Translations under genes and position numbers: made by a program
NCBI GenBank assembly: GCA_964016885.1
Contig: OZ024740.1
Span: 55,986,001-56,050,000, forward strand
Origin: Eledone cirrhosa
Lineage: Eukaryota
Direction: 5' to 3'
Length of the DNA: 64,000 nucleotides
Part shown: positions 41,390-53,312 of the stretch, piece after piece
How positions within the stretch are numbered: position 1 is the stretch's first letter
Layout: every line of letters starts with the position of its first letter
Notes under the pieces: generated by a model
Told to the model about the DNA's origin: nothing
What the model saw: only the letters and a program-made list of their open reading frames with translations
Databases searched by the model: none

Positions 41390-41459
<70 letters not shown>

Positions 41460-41619
41460 AGGAATTTGTAGTTTACACCATTAACTATATAACGTTATCA
41501 ACGGGGATTCCCGGCAGAATAGCACAGGGTCAAATTTGGCAAATGTGTACGTATTGTTACGGACAATGACTGTAAACAGAGCACACCACCACGCGTGACG
41601 TGAATCATATATGTATAGG

Positions 41620-43362
41620 CAAAAGGCAGTCAGAAATAACAATGTAAACGACACAGTACAATGAAGAAATATATTATTAGTTTTACACTTTTTATGGTAG
41701 GAAAAGAGTCTTAACTTTTAGGACGCTAGTCCTTCATCAGAAAATAAAATGAATAATTGAAATAATAAGATAGAGGGGCGTGGGAAATGGTAAAAACGAA
41801 AATAAATTCTTTGAGAAAAATCAATTCTATTCAAATCACCATTTCTTGGAATACTGTTGATTCTGGCGTTGTTGTATAAAAAAAATCATTTGGTCTTGTT
41901 TTAAAACTCGGTGATCGAACACATCTAGCTGAAATGAAAAAAACATTTTACATATTGACTTCATATTATAGAGCATGCACGTATGCGTGTGCGTAGGCAA
42001 GTGAGTGAGTGTGTGTGTTTGTTGCTTGTCCGTACTAATCTAAGAGGATATATGTGTGTATATATAGGTTTAAGAGAGAGTGTGTGTGCACGTCTGTGTG
42101 CGTGCGTACACGTCTGTGTGTACGTTTAGTACGAAGAGGATATCTGTGTGTATATAAGTTTATAAGTTTATGTTTGTGTGATGGATGTTAGTTGTTGGTA
42201 CGTACAGAGCTGTTAGGATATGTGTAGATGTGCGGGCGTGTTGTTGGTATGTAGAAGCTGTATGTGTGTTTCTGACTGAGCCATAGGTATCAAGGAAGGG
42301 AATGTTTGCGCGCATGTGCAACAATGGACGACGTATGGATGACAGTCGCTTGGGATATAGAAGTAAGTGCGTGTCTATGTGTGCAAGATTAAAGAAATTA
42401 GAGAGGGGGAGTTGAGTCAATTATGGAAAATGGACCCAAAGCGGAAAATCATGCTGTGCTTAATCCTAGTGCGCGATGCCGACGATCCATATTCAAAAAG
42501 GACACCAAGTCCTGAGACTTGTAGGAAGGAGTGGCCTGAAGAATGAAAATAACAAGCGACGGGTGGAGGGGGGTATCGTTGCTGAGCCTCAAATGTTCAG
42601 TGAAAAGGTCCGCCAGACGGCCGCAAAGTTCACATCGGAGATCATAGACTACGTGGGTAGATACAGAAGATATGGAAAGAACCGTTGGTGCCTGTGAGAG
42701 TGGTGAGGTTAGAACTGAAGGGACAGGTGTATCAGTGGGGACGAGAATAGGGGAGGGAGCCGGGTAAAGTCCTAGGTAAGGAAGGGAAGGAACTACGTAC
42801 CAGGTGGTCACGCTAAAAGATGGTGATGGGTGGGTTTGGAACGAAGTGTGAAGTGACGGGTTTAAAAGAGAAGGTGCGGAAACAAAGGAGGAAATGTCGC
42901 CAGAGAGGTAAGGTGGTGGGGTGGTAGATGATGGGGAAAAGGAAGGTGGGTATTGGGGGTGGGGGCAGCTTGGATCAGGGTGGGATGATATTCGTGATGG
43001 ATGAAGCGGGAAGCCATGTGTTGGACAGGATCTCAAAATTATGGTCCTGACTGCAGAACTGAAGAAGACGGAGGAATTTGGAGTAGGATACGGAGGGCGT
43101 GAAGGTGACGGCATGATGAAAAGACTGGGCGAAAGAAAGATAGAAGTCGAGTTGGTCACACAATAAAGAGGTGGCGCTGACCCAATTGTCGATGTAACGA
43201 CCGTATAACTCAGGGGTAGGACTAATGTACTAGGAGAGAAATCAAGGCCACAATGTAGCCAACGAGTAAGTTGGCGTATTTAGGGCCCATTCTGGTACTC
43301 ATGGTTAACCTAGACACCTGTTGGTAAAACTCTCCGGAAAAGGAATAACTGAGAGTGAGAAC
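41620..43362 (-). mobile_element. Penelope-like element relic (different clade; RT, GIY-YIG, 3' terminal repeat)
   Basis: FSGEFYQQVSRLTMSTRMGPKYANLLVGYI resembles GxAMGTxMGPSYANL. Also YSKFLRLLQFCS and HVVYDLRCELC..ADLFTEHLR. A degenerate HHR CTGATGA a ggac tagc gtcc (t)AAA lies at 41709-41743. Confidence 0.8.
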
Positions 43363-43378
43363 GGACTTAGCATGGCGG

Positions 43379-43420
<42 letters not shown>

Positions 43421-43643
43421 GTGGAGAAGTAAACAGCCTCTACAGCAACAGCCTCTACAGACGCAACCAACATAACCGCGACATGACTGGGGAATATGTG
43501 CAGGTGACCCACACAGGTCACCTGACGGCAACGGAAGATGCTTCTGCGTGCGGATTAATAATGGTACCACCCCGCGCACAGTGAGTTATAATGGTGCTAA
43601 TGACAGATGTAGGAGAGTAGGTAACAACGTAGATAGCAATAAT

Positions 43644-43827
43644 TGTTTCTACTTTTGGCACAAGGACAGCAATTACCCAGTACATTACTGGTACTTTATT
43701 TTATCGACCCCGTAAGAATGAAAGGCAAAGTTAACCTCGGCGGGATTTGAACTCAGAATGGCAAGGGCCGTAACTCTATGCGTCAAAGCATGTCGTCCGT
43801 CCCTCTACCGATACTGCCAATCCACCA
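43644..43827 (-). mobile_element. SINE copy with probable TSD agcaataat
   Basis: Same family as 8500-8684. Confidence 0.85.
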
Positions 43828-43848
43828 AGCAATAATAATAGCCTTACC

Positions 43849-44861
43849 GTGGGAGCTAGAAGGGACCGCGACCGAAATTGTAACTGTCGCGACAGGGGAC
43901 GCTGCCCCCTCGGGGGAAACTGCTTGACTGATAGGTTTATATATAGGTGTACCGTAAATAGCCATAATAGCGTTAAACATTATATAGGAGCTACCTCTGG
44001 CCCGTTAAAAATTAGATTTAGAACACATCTCCCCTCTTTCTCAAATAAGAAATTAAGACAATCCACTTCGCTCGCGAACTACATCACAGCATTAAAAGAC
44101 TTAAACATCAGCTTCTCCACGCACTGAGAAATTGTCGGCAGGGCTGCACCGTACAACTTCAAGAGGACGTGCGAGCTTTGCCTTATGGAGCTCTACCACA
44201 TCATAACGGCACCTCACGAGCTCATCAACAGCAGAGCTGAAACGACGATAAGCTGTACACACCGCTTTAAAATATCTTACTTCAGATGGAATAAGAACGA
44301 GGAGTGAAACCGTAAACCGGGTCTCCCGACACCAAGCTTTAACACCCCGGCGGGCAGGCGCTGCTAAAACATCCGGAAACAAACCATTCATCCCACACCC
44401 GGCAGGAATCGACCCAGGCGGGCAGGCGGAGCAAACAAACGTCTCGAAACAAACGTTGCATTCCTGACCCTGTGCGTATCGGCAATAGTAAGGTAGTAAC
44501 CACATGCTTGTATCGGATAAAAATTTGTCCGGAAAAGACTGCCCTAACACCGGCCAGAGTTATCTCCCTTGACCTACTGCAAAATCAAAACATCTTTTTT
44601 TACGTAGAATGAACTCTGACGTGAACTTATATCTAAAAGCCCATTCTGAGTCATGTAAGGAACGCTTTTTAGTTATTATGCCCTTGAGAAGCCCGTTCGG
44701 GCGAAACGTACGTAGGTGCTTTTTAAAATAAACATGTTTTAACGGTCTGTTCTCTTATATTTTACTTCTCCACGTGTTTACGGTCTGCTAATTCTCTCGC
44801 CCACTAGATATTAACACTTCTAATATTTAACACTACCGGCACTCTCTCTCGATGCGTAAAT

Positions 44862-44865
<4 letters not shown>
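43849..44865 (+). mobile_element. 5'-truncated PLE (Naiad-like GIY-YIG + 3' region + HHR) ending in (TA)n
   Basis: CNCRDRGRCPLGGNCL..IYRC..HYIGAT..RFRTH..SF..TSLANYI..LK; past a TGA it continues EIVGRAAPYN..CELCLMEL..LINSRAE..CTH. Confidence 0.85.
44679..44718 (+). ncRNA. Hammerhead with variant core (CUUGAGAA)
   Basis: tgcc CTTGAGAA gccc gttc gggc GAAAC gtac GTA ggtg. Stem III is the palindrome ACGTACGT. Confidence 0.65.
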
Positions 44866-44908
<43 letters not shown>

Positions 44909-45190
44909 CCACTGAAGAATTATAAGAGCCCACTTGAATAAGTATCTGTTGATCTTATACAAGCTTCTACATAAATTGGTATAATTTCACCCAACTTGTA
45001 GAAATCTTATAATAAAACGAGATGTCCGTCTGGGAAGAGATATATTTGATATATCTCATATGAAAAGATACAGCCAATTTTCCACACAATACAATTAGTT
45101 AGCACCCCGAATATACTCAGGTATTTCCTAATGTTTGTTGAGTGAGTTGGGATTTGGCCGGAGTATCGCTATTAGCTTTCTCCGATTATG

Positions 45191-45293
<103 letters not shown>

Positions 45294-45428
45294 ATATAGA
45301 GAGAGAGTGGGGGGAATGAGAGATGAATGAAAAGATAGATAGACAGATATACTCTCTACATACTTTGGATGAAATCTGTCTTTGGATTGTGAAATACCCT
45401 CGTCTTACACTCTTATCATTTATATTTA

Positions 45429-45975
45429 CTACCAGAAAAAAACCACCCTTCGGGTGGTTTTCTACTAGTATGTGTAGTGTGTATTATACACAAGTATATA
45501 TACATGTAGATATGATACATCAAATAAAATCGTAATTCACAATATATAATACATAGAAATTGAACGAAGACTACGTTACTCTGTCTTATGTAATCAGTAA
45601 AGTAATCCATGATACATTAAAAAAAAAGACGATATTATATATAAACTGCATTAGGAGAAAATTAGTGACAGAAAATTAGTATTTTTATTTAAGTGATCGC
45701 CACCGGAAGTGTTGACATCACACACTCTCTCTTTCTATATATATGGTAGTTGAAGTGGTGGTGGTGGTGGCGACTATATACCGGAGGTGCAACTTTGAAA
45801 AGAAGTCAATTTTAAATTATTTATTTTACGAAATTATTTTTGTTTACGAAATTTAGTAGATAAATCATGTAATATTCATTCATTATTTATTCAAAGTAAT
45901 CCAACTTATTTTACTAACGGGATAAAAAAATAAACCGTACGCAGTCCCGCAGACCTTCCTTTGTTATAGTTTAGA
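45429..45975 (-). mobile_element. Non-autonomous Helitron-like element (copy 2, with an internal insertion)
   Basis: Reverse complement starts A^TCTAAACTATAACAAAG and ends with hairpin aaaaccaccc gaa gggtggtttt followed by GTAG^T. Homologous to 30069-30538. Confidence 0.7.
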
Positions 45976-46485
45976 TATATACCAGGAATTAATCGTATTT
46001 ACGAAGCGTCGAACGAATTATGAATCTTGAATGTAGGTTCAACGCACATTTACTATGAAATGTAGTCAAGGTATATAAGCCTCTAGAAACAGCAAAGAAA
46101 TGGACAGCTCCAACTGTGGCAGCTGAAATTCTGTATGCACAACTTGTTTGACTACTTCTCATACATAAAATACCTACGTTGAAGTAGATATTTTAAACTA
46201 ACATACAGTCAGAATTCATAATTTTTCAATCGCTTCGTAAATATTATTGATTTTTATTTTGTTTACAACTACTAGCCAATAGATAAGGTTTAAACATGAC
46301 ATGTAAGTAGTCAGTCGTGTTTCAGTATAATGTTATCACAGCTGTCCGGCATACGGCATTTGTGAATTCGACTCCCACATGTTATGCTCTTTAGGAGACT
46401 TATATGGCCAAATTTGTGCAACTAGTTTTCGTAGTTAAAAAGCCGGTCCTGTAGCAGCATTCTTCAAATTAACACACACACATGT

Positions 46486-46558
<73 letters not shown>

Positions 46559-46629
46559 ACTACTACTACTACTGTAATGGCTAAATCACACCAAGACAGT
46601 GGGCTTGTAGTTTACTTGTTCCGAAGAGA

Positions 46630-47106
46630 CTAATTCCTCGCTGATGAAGCTGCTCTTAGCTAATTACGTATACTTAACATCATTACCTAATTTTTGAACA
46701 CACCAGTTCTGTATGGACAGAAACTAATGCATTAGTCCGGGACCAGAGAATCAAATTCTCTACCCACACGAAATCTTTAACGTATTAGTGTGCATACTTC
46801 TTTCCTTTAGGTTGGTATCTTAATGAAACTGGCTTAATTAAAGTGAGTGGGAAAATGATCGAAGATACATCGGTTATATCGGATGACTTCGTTTCAGTAC
46901 TATATATATATATATATATATTATATATATTATATATATTATATATAGTACTGAAACGAAGTCATCCGATATAACCGATGTATCATCGATCATTTTCCCA
47001 CTCACTCAATGCTTTAATTAAGCCAGTTTCATTAAGATACCAACCTAAAGGAAAGAAGTATGCACACTAATATGCACGTTAAAGATTTCGTGTGGGTAGA
47101 GAATTT
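46630..47106. mobile_element. PLE-terminus-like unit and its inverted 3' part converging on (TA)n at 46901-46947
   Basis: 46753-46900 mirrors 46948-47106. The family recurs at 52765-52810 and 53020-53312. Confidence 0.7.
46637..46741 (+). ncRNA. Hammerhead-like motif with long stem II insert
   Basis: ctcg CTGATGA [72 nt] GAAAC taatgcatta GTC cggg. Stem III is the palindrome ACTAATGCATTAGT. The base of stem II pairs poorly in this copy. Confidence 0.55.
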
Positions 47107-48356
47107 GTCTCCTCTAACAGGAAAAACTTTTATGTTAAAATACGTTTTGTTTTGTATTGACCAAGATCAGAGTGGGATATGATACAGTAACTGAGATGAT
47201 GTTACTTTTAAACAAGTGCAAACTATCTTCCAGTTAGTTTTAGTTGATTTTTCGTTTCTTGGTTATTTAAGATTATTTATATGTGCTCCACCCACTATAA
47301 CGACGGCATAATGATTGCTTTACATTAGCGATAGAAGCAACACACTGTCTTGCGTCAGGATGGCCAGAGATATACAAAAGCGGGAAAAAATAAATATCAA
47401 AGATAAAAATATATAATGATAGATGAGGAGACAAAACATATGAAAGGTCAGAAATAAACGATAAAAGCTAGAGACGAGTTAAAAAACATTATGAATGGCA
47501 ATGAAATGATAATTGCGTTGCACACAGATTTGTTAGAAAGTCGTATGAATGAGTGACAAGGAAATATATAGCTCAGGTAAATATCTTAACATTGAATTGT
47601 ATTCCTTTGTGATACACAGCAATGGAACTTCCATTTACCGGTTCAAGAAATTCAATAGAAGATAAATATAATAAGCATCAACAATGAATAAAACGAGTTC
47701 TCCAGAGAGAAGAATCATTTGAAAAACCCATGGAAATGCTTATAAAAAGCTGTTCCTAACACGGTATTATATAGTGGTCCTATCACAAGACCTATTTTTT
47801 TCTTTACAGCACACTGTTTTTTTTTTACCTTATATTTACAATGTTATTTATATTTTAATTATATATATTTTTTACCTGATTTGTTCGTGCTATCAATAGT
47901 GAGGACGTAACAGTGTATAACAGCATTCATTAAATAGCTTGTCATCACAGTAACCTGTTTTCCAATTCATTAATTGTGACAGGAAATTGACAAGCATATT
48001 ATTCAGTAATAACAAAGTTCACAAGTCACTACTCTTCGCCATATTGTACAATGCGAAAGGAAACGCTTTGGTTTTTGCAATAGAAAATACACATTAGACA
48101 AAATTCCTCTAAAAAATTCCATCTTAGAATTTAAGAAAAAGGACCAGGCTTTATTCTGTTTTAAGATATATTTGTATATGTGTTATCTCTTATATATTTT
48201 ACATTGCAATTGTTAAACAGCAGTTCAGGTTTTCACCGGACAGTCACTTGTTCACAGTATTTCGTGGGTGAGCTGTGACAATATAACGTCGGTGCACAAC
48301 AAATATCTCAGTCGACTTCCTTCGTAAAACACCGATGTTTCAATACAACACTGATA

Positions 48357-48387
<31 letters not shown>

Positions 48388-48639
48388 TACATACATATAT
48401 ACATACATATATGCATACATACATATATATATATATATATACATACATATATACATACATACGTACATTCATACATACATTCATACATACATACAAGCAT
48501 AGATACATACGTGCATACTTACAGAGCTATATATTCATACTTATACACCACCTCACCCAAACGCACACACATGCGCGCGCGCGCACGTACGCACACAAAC
48601 ACACACACGAGATGTCAACATGAATGGACCAGTTATTTT

Positions 48640-48830
48640 TATCTAAAGACATTTTTTCCAATTCCACCCCACCCGTCCCTTCAATCTATCTTATTTCTCA
48701 TTCTTTTTCTGGTGAAGGACTAGCGTCCGAAACGTTAAGACCCTCCTCCTGCTATTTCAAGCGTTAACTTAATATATTCCTTCCATATACTGTACCGATT
48801 GTGTTGTTATTTCTGTTTACCTTTTACATA
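48640..48830 (+). mobile_element. Solo PLE terminal repeat (family D) with HHR-like motif at 48704-48740
   Basis: CTGGTGA a ggac tagc gtcc GAAA cgTTA aga. Homologous to 41620-41780 (-) and 51325-51480 (+). Confidence 0.65.
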
Positions 48831-48888
48831 CATATACACACACACACACACACACACACCCTCATATATATATATATATATATATATA

Positions 48889-51278
48889 GTTAAAGAATGA
48901 AGAGTAACATGGTTGCTTGTACAATAAGGGCTTTATTTAAAGTGCTGACAATTGTTTCGTTGATCAGGTTAGTCTAGAGTTCGCTAATCGCTTGAGGTTG
49001 CGTCACTCGATCTCCAATACATTATTTACCTCTGGTCAACACATCAGAGTATGTAGATATGAAAGTAATTCACTCGAGGCAAGACTTATATAGAAAAATA
49101 CCGTATAATCAAAACAATAACATCAATAATAAAACATATATGGTAAATAGGTACAGAAGTTACAGATGTAAAAAGTAAAAAGATAAGATAGGGTACTTTA
49201 AAAAATAAGGAAATGAGAGAATGGAAATTATAAAGAAATAAATAAGTGAGACCGTGTAAATACATAGTAGAAGTTTTTGAGTAAGTGTTCTTATAAGGAT
49301 TCGTTGGTGGATTTAGTGCTAACATGATAAACCAGATTCGTGATGTACATAAATACGTGTAGAGGGTCCGGTGTAGTGGCAGATAAAAGAAAAAACAATA
49401 AATTAGAGATTAATTGGTGGATACATGTATGAGATTTATGGGGTAGGGATGACGGTGCGTTTGATAGAAGCTTGTTGTAACTGTGTTGCTGATTGTTATA
49501 TATTAATGGGATTGATGCTGTTTCAGGGAGAGAGAGTGAAAGAAATGTTCAGAGATTTATGATCCAGTGACCAGTTGGCCGTTTGACAGCTAATAGCAGT
49601 GCGATGGTGTGTATTCTATATGTTAAATCTAGGTGGTCCAGTTCTAATTTTGGGGTTGCTGGTTCAAATCATGGTCGTTTGAAGTTTGTGAATTTAGTAG
49701 CTATTTTATGCCTACAGAAAATTGATCTTTCTATTTTGCTGTTAAGCAGCATCTCATCGTACCTTAAAATATGTAGTATTTCTAAATTACAAAGCCCGCA
49801 GTGGGACATTCCATTGCTGTAGGCTCTTATTACCGATAATTTTGACCAGCTAATCTTATATTCTAGGTTTTTGTCCTTAAGCTACCAGAATTTATTGGCG
49901 AGGGTCGTAGACTTCTCCAGTCCACGGTTCTTCATGGAGTGTCTGTGGACGTACCACCTTTTTTTGAACTCCCCAGCCGTGGAACCTATGTAGTGCCAAG
50001 TAGAGTTGCCTGAATTTACAGTACACCGGTATACCATACCCGAATCCGAGCATCTATTCCGTATTGGGCACTTATCCGGTAGGTGGCAATTACAATTTGA
50101 GGTTTTATTTTGTGCAGGTTCATCGTTGCGGTTTTGTAAGTTGTTGTGGAGGGTTGTGATTTAGGCATATTAATGTTTTGTTGTGATGCGTTCTGATGCG
50201 TTTGTGGTTGTGATTTTGTTATGTGTTTGTGTTTTGTATTTGGTGCTGTGGTGCATGTTGGTGGTTAATTTCTTTAGAGATATTTGTGTGGTTGATCTTA
50301 CGTATGTGCGATTCTATGTTGGCTGCAGTAGAGTAGGAAAGTTTTATAGTTTTTCTATTAAAGATTTTATGGTATTTGTGTAGTGTAGGGAAGTGCTTAT
50401 ATATTAGTTTAAAGAATGTAGAAGGTAGTTTAGTTTTCATAGAGGAGTTGAATATTGGATTGAACCATAGGTACTTTCTATCTCTGGATCTTCTATAGTT
50501 TTTGGGGGTCCTTATATTAGTGTTCTGTTCACTTAGTTTTGGTGCTCGTTGTCTAATTCTATGCTTAGTCCTATGCTTGTTATTTCTATCTGAGCGAGTA
50601 GTGTTGTTGTCGTTAGGTTTGTTGTTGTTGTCTCTATCTAGTATGTATTCCAGCTTCTCCTTATGTCCAGCCTATGTAAAGCTCTATTATAATAGTTTGC
50701 GTGTTTGTTAAAAATTTCTAGGTTCGAAGATAGGCGGGATATTCTGAGGGATATACTATGTTCTATGTAGTTAATTATGAATCGGGGGTGGTTTGAGTTA
50801 TAACTAATGTAGGCTAGATGTTCGTTATTCTTATGGAAGGGCTCTATTAATCCTGTGTTTAGGTTGAGAGTTAGATCTAAGAAATTTGCTTTTTTAGAGT
50901 TAAGTTCGAAAGTGATACCTAGGCCAAGTTTATTGAAGAATACTCTAATATTTTTTCGTAATCTTTCCATGGTTTGATTATTTAAGTTTTCGGCTAGAAG
51001 GAGTGTATCGTCTCTGTAAATTCCTGCTTGGAGGTTAGTGAATTCCTTATGTAAGTTGTGCGCTATATATATTCCCACCAAGTCCGTTACCTGCGCTGAG
51101 TCGTTAGATCCAATTGTGATATCGAAGCTATTCTGTCTGTTTTTTCGTTCCCAGTAACTATTTTCTAATGATAGTCCTTCTAGCAGCTAGTATTATTTTA
51201 ATTTCGTCCGAAGTAAGGTCCGAATTTTTTTTGGCAAAGGCTAGCGCTTTACCCAGGGTGACTAGGGATATGGATGAA
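48889..51278 (-). mobile_element. 5'-truncated Penelope-like element, probably Naiad-type (RT + GIY-YIG pseudogene at about 49669-51278, 3' region to (TA)n)
   Basis: SFDITIGSNDSAQVTDLVGIY..AGIYRDDTL..NFLDLTLNL..YI...SNHP..RISRLSSN; CNCHLPDKCPIRNRC..VYRC..HYIGST..FKKRWYVH..CGLCNLE..FCRH. Contains frameshifts and stops. Confidence 0.9.
48942..49052 (-). ncRNA. Degenerate hammerhead with about 80-nt stem II at the PLE 3' end
   Basis: Reverse complement reads CTGATGT gttgaccag...ctgatcaac GAAAC aatt GTC ag. Stem III is the palindrome ACAATTGT. The core has one substitution. Confidence 0.6.
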
Positions 51279-51324
51279 TACATACATGCATTTCTCAAGA
51301 TTATTTTTCCGTTCCCTCCTTTTC

Positions 51325-51480
51325 TAACTATCTATCTTTCTGTTTCATCCTTTATTTCTCATTCTAAATTCTGATGAAGGACTAGTGTCAGAAGCGTAAA
51401 CAAATTTTTCCTAGTTTAACAAGTGTTAAACTAATATATTTCTTCATTGTACTTTGTTATGTCCGTTTAGTTGTTGTATA
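51325..51480 (+). mobile_element. Family-D PLE terminal repeat with degenerate HHR
   Basis: ctgatgaaggactagtgtcagaagcgtaaa at 51371. Confidence 0.55.
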
Positions 51481-52460
51481 CTACCCATATAAATGTGCTG
51501 TTACTATCATCGATTATGTAAAGGAAACAAATCCGAGGTAAAACCCACAAGGTATGCTGCAATAATTGTACGCATGCAGCATCACAGTATATATATATAT
51601 ATGTTAAATAAAAATCACTTCATGGAATGAAACTAGTCGTTGTCTTTCACGCGTTTCGCTAACGTCAAAATAACCAAATCTCAGTATGTCGACTGAGGGA
51701 AACCTCATCTTCTAGGGAAAAGAAAACAACAACAAAAAAGACATATATATCATCTTGGATGTTAGCGGAAAATGACGGGCTCATTGTAATAGTTTATTCC
51801 GGAAAAAGATTCAGTGTCCATGAAGTTGGTAGAGCCATCGAAACCGATAAGCTTGATACGGTTTTAGTTTAACTTCCATACCAATGTCTTCTGCCGTTGA
51901 CTGCAGAAAAAGAAAACAGACAGAGATGTAATCTTCGGGGATAAGATTTCTGGGAAGGAGGAATTAGCCAGAATTGTTAGTGGATTGTTTGATAAGAGAC
52001 AATAATAGAAATGTCGATAAGTCGGATAGGTTTGTCGAAGGAGTTTGAGTATCCTGGTATGCACGTCCACCAAAAAGAGACCATTATAGTACTGATACAG
52101 CGGACGGTGGTATCTCTTCACTAAACAGGCTATAGTCACTAGTACCCACTGACCTCAGAGGGTACAACTGACCATATTTTATCTAGTTCTCCATTAATGT
52201 TTCAAATAAGGTCAGTGGCTACATGTTACCATAACAGATTTAGTGAAGACATGCTGCTTAGATGAAAGTTTCTACGAAATGTCTCATGTTTGAAATACAA
52301 ACGTTAATTTGTGTTTTGAATCATTTATATAAAATCCATTTTAAAATGTGGAGAATTGAAACTAAACACTGAAGTGAGCATTTATATTATCATCCAATCC
52401 TATACACGAAACATACCTCACCTACCTGTAATCGAATAAAATATACGTTGGTAAAATAAT

Positions 52461-52643
52461 TGTTTCTATTTTTCGCACAAAGCCAGCAATTAACCAGTAC
52501 ATTACTGGTACTTCATTTTATCGACCCCGTAAGGATGAAAGGCAAAGTTAACCTCGGCGGGATTTAAAATCAGATCATAAAGAGACATAACTATGCTAGA
52601 AAGCATGTCCGACCCTCTACAGATATTGCCAATTCACGGCCCT
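52461..52643 (-). mobile_element. SINE copy with 19-bp TSD
   Basis: TSD tatacgttggtaaaataat at 52442-52460 and 52644-52662. Confidence 0.85.
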
Positions 52644-53019
52644 TATACGTTGGTAAAATAATGCTCCCTAAAAATATAGAATATTGAGTAAAGTCAAACT
52701 TTGTAAAGATAGTACATCATTTCTGGGATATAAGGTGGATATATTTGATATCATATATATATAATGCTGAAACGAAGTCATCGGATAGGACCGAAAATCC
52801 TTCGATCGTTTCCCCTGCTATTTCAAAGACCACGGTGCCACATTTATTTTCAAATTCAACAAAGAAAAAATAAACCATGAAACAATCGACCAAGGCTTCC
52901 AGATAGAAAGCAAAGTCTAAAATTGCAAACAATTAATAAACATTGAACTATCATAAGCAGAGTAAAAAGTTCAACTTACAATTTGGATGCGAGTTATCTC
53001 TGGGAGTTTAAATAATAAT

Positions 53020-53312
53020 ACTGAAATGAAGTCATCACGTAGGACCAGAAAACCCACTCACGCAATGCTTTAATTAAGCTAGTATCATCAAGATACCAGC
53101 CCAAAGGAAAACAGAGTGCACACTAATACGTTAAAGAGGGAGAAAAACGATTTTGTGTGGGTAGAGAATTTGATTCTCTCGTCCCGAACTAATGCATTAG
53201 TTTCTGCTACAGCATCTGCTGGCGACAGTCCATATGGTGCTGTCGTGCACAGAAATTAGGTAATGTATGACGTATTACGTAATCGGCTAAGAGCAGCTTT
53301 ATCGGCGAGGAT
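53020..53312 (-). mobile_element. Dispersed copy of the 46630-46900 unit (HHR core decayed to CCGATAA)
   Basis: Shares gaactaatgcattagtttctg, tgtgggtagagaatttgattctct and gtgcacactaatacgttaaaga. Confidence 0.7.

Larger units (their letters stand above)
41043..41396. repeat. About 350-bp near-perfect palindrome of a PLE-terminus-like unit
   Basis: 41043-41205 mirrors 41234-41396. The duplicated ORF text KIKRWLNEF appears on both strands. Confidence 0.9.

Noticed and set aside
44125-44127. In-frame TGA in a Naiad-like GIY-YIG as possible selenocysteine
   Set aside because: It aligns with a conserved Trp in the paralogues (FWNIV at 38 kb, ISWSK at 49.8 kb), so a TGG-to-TGA nonsense change is the simpler explanation
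51640-51722. Minus-strand GAAACGCGTG with upstream ctagaaga
   Set aside because: Core and stems are too degenerate to call
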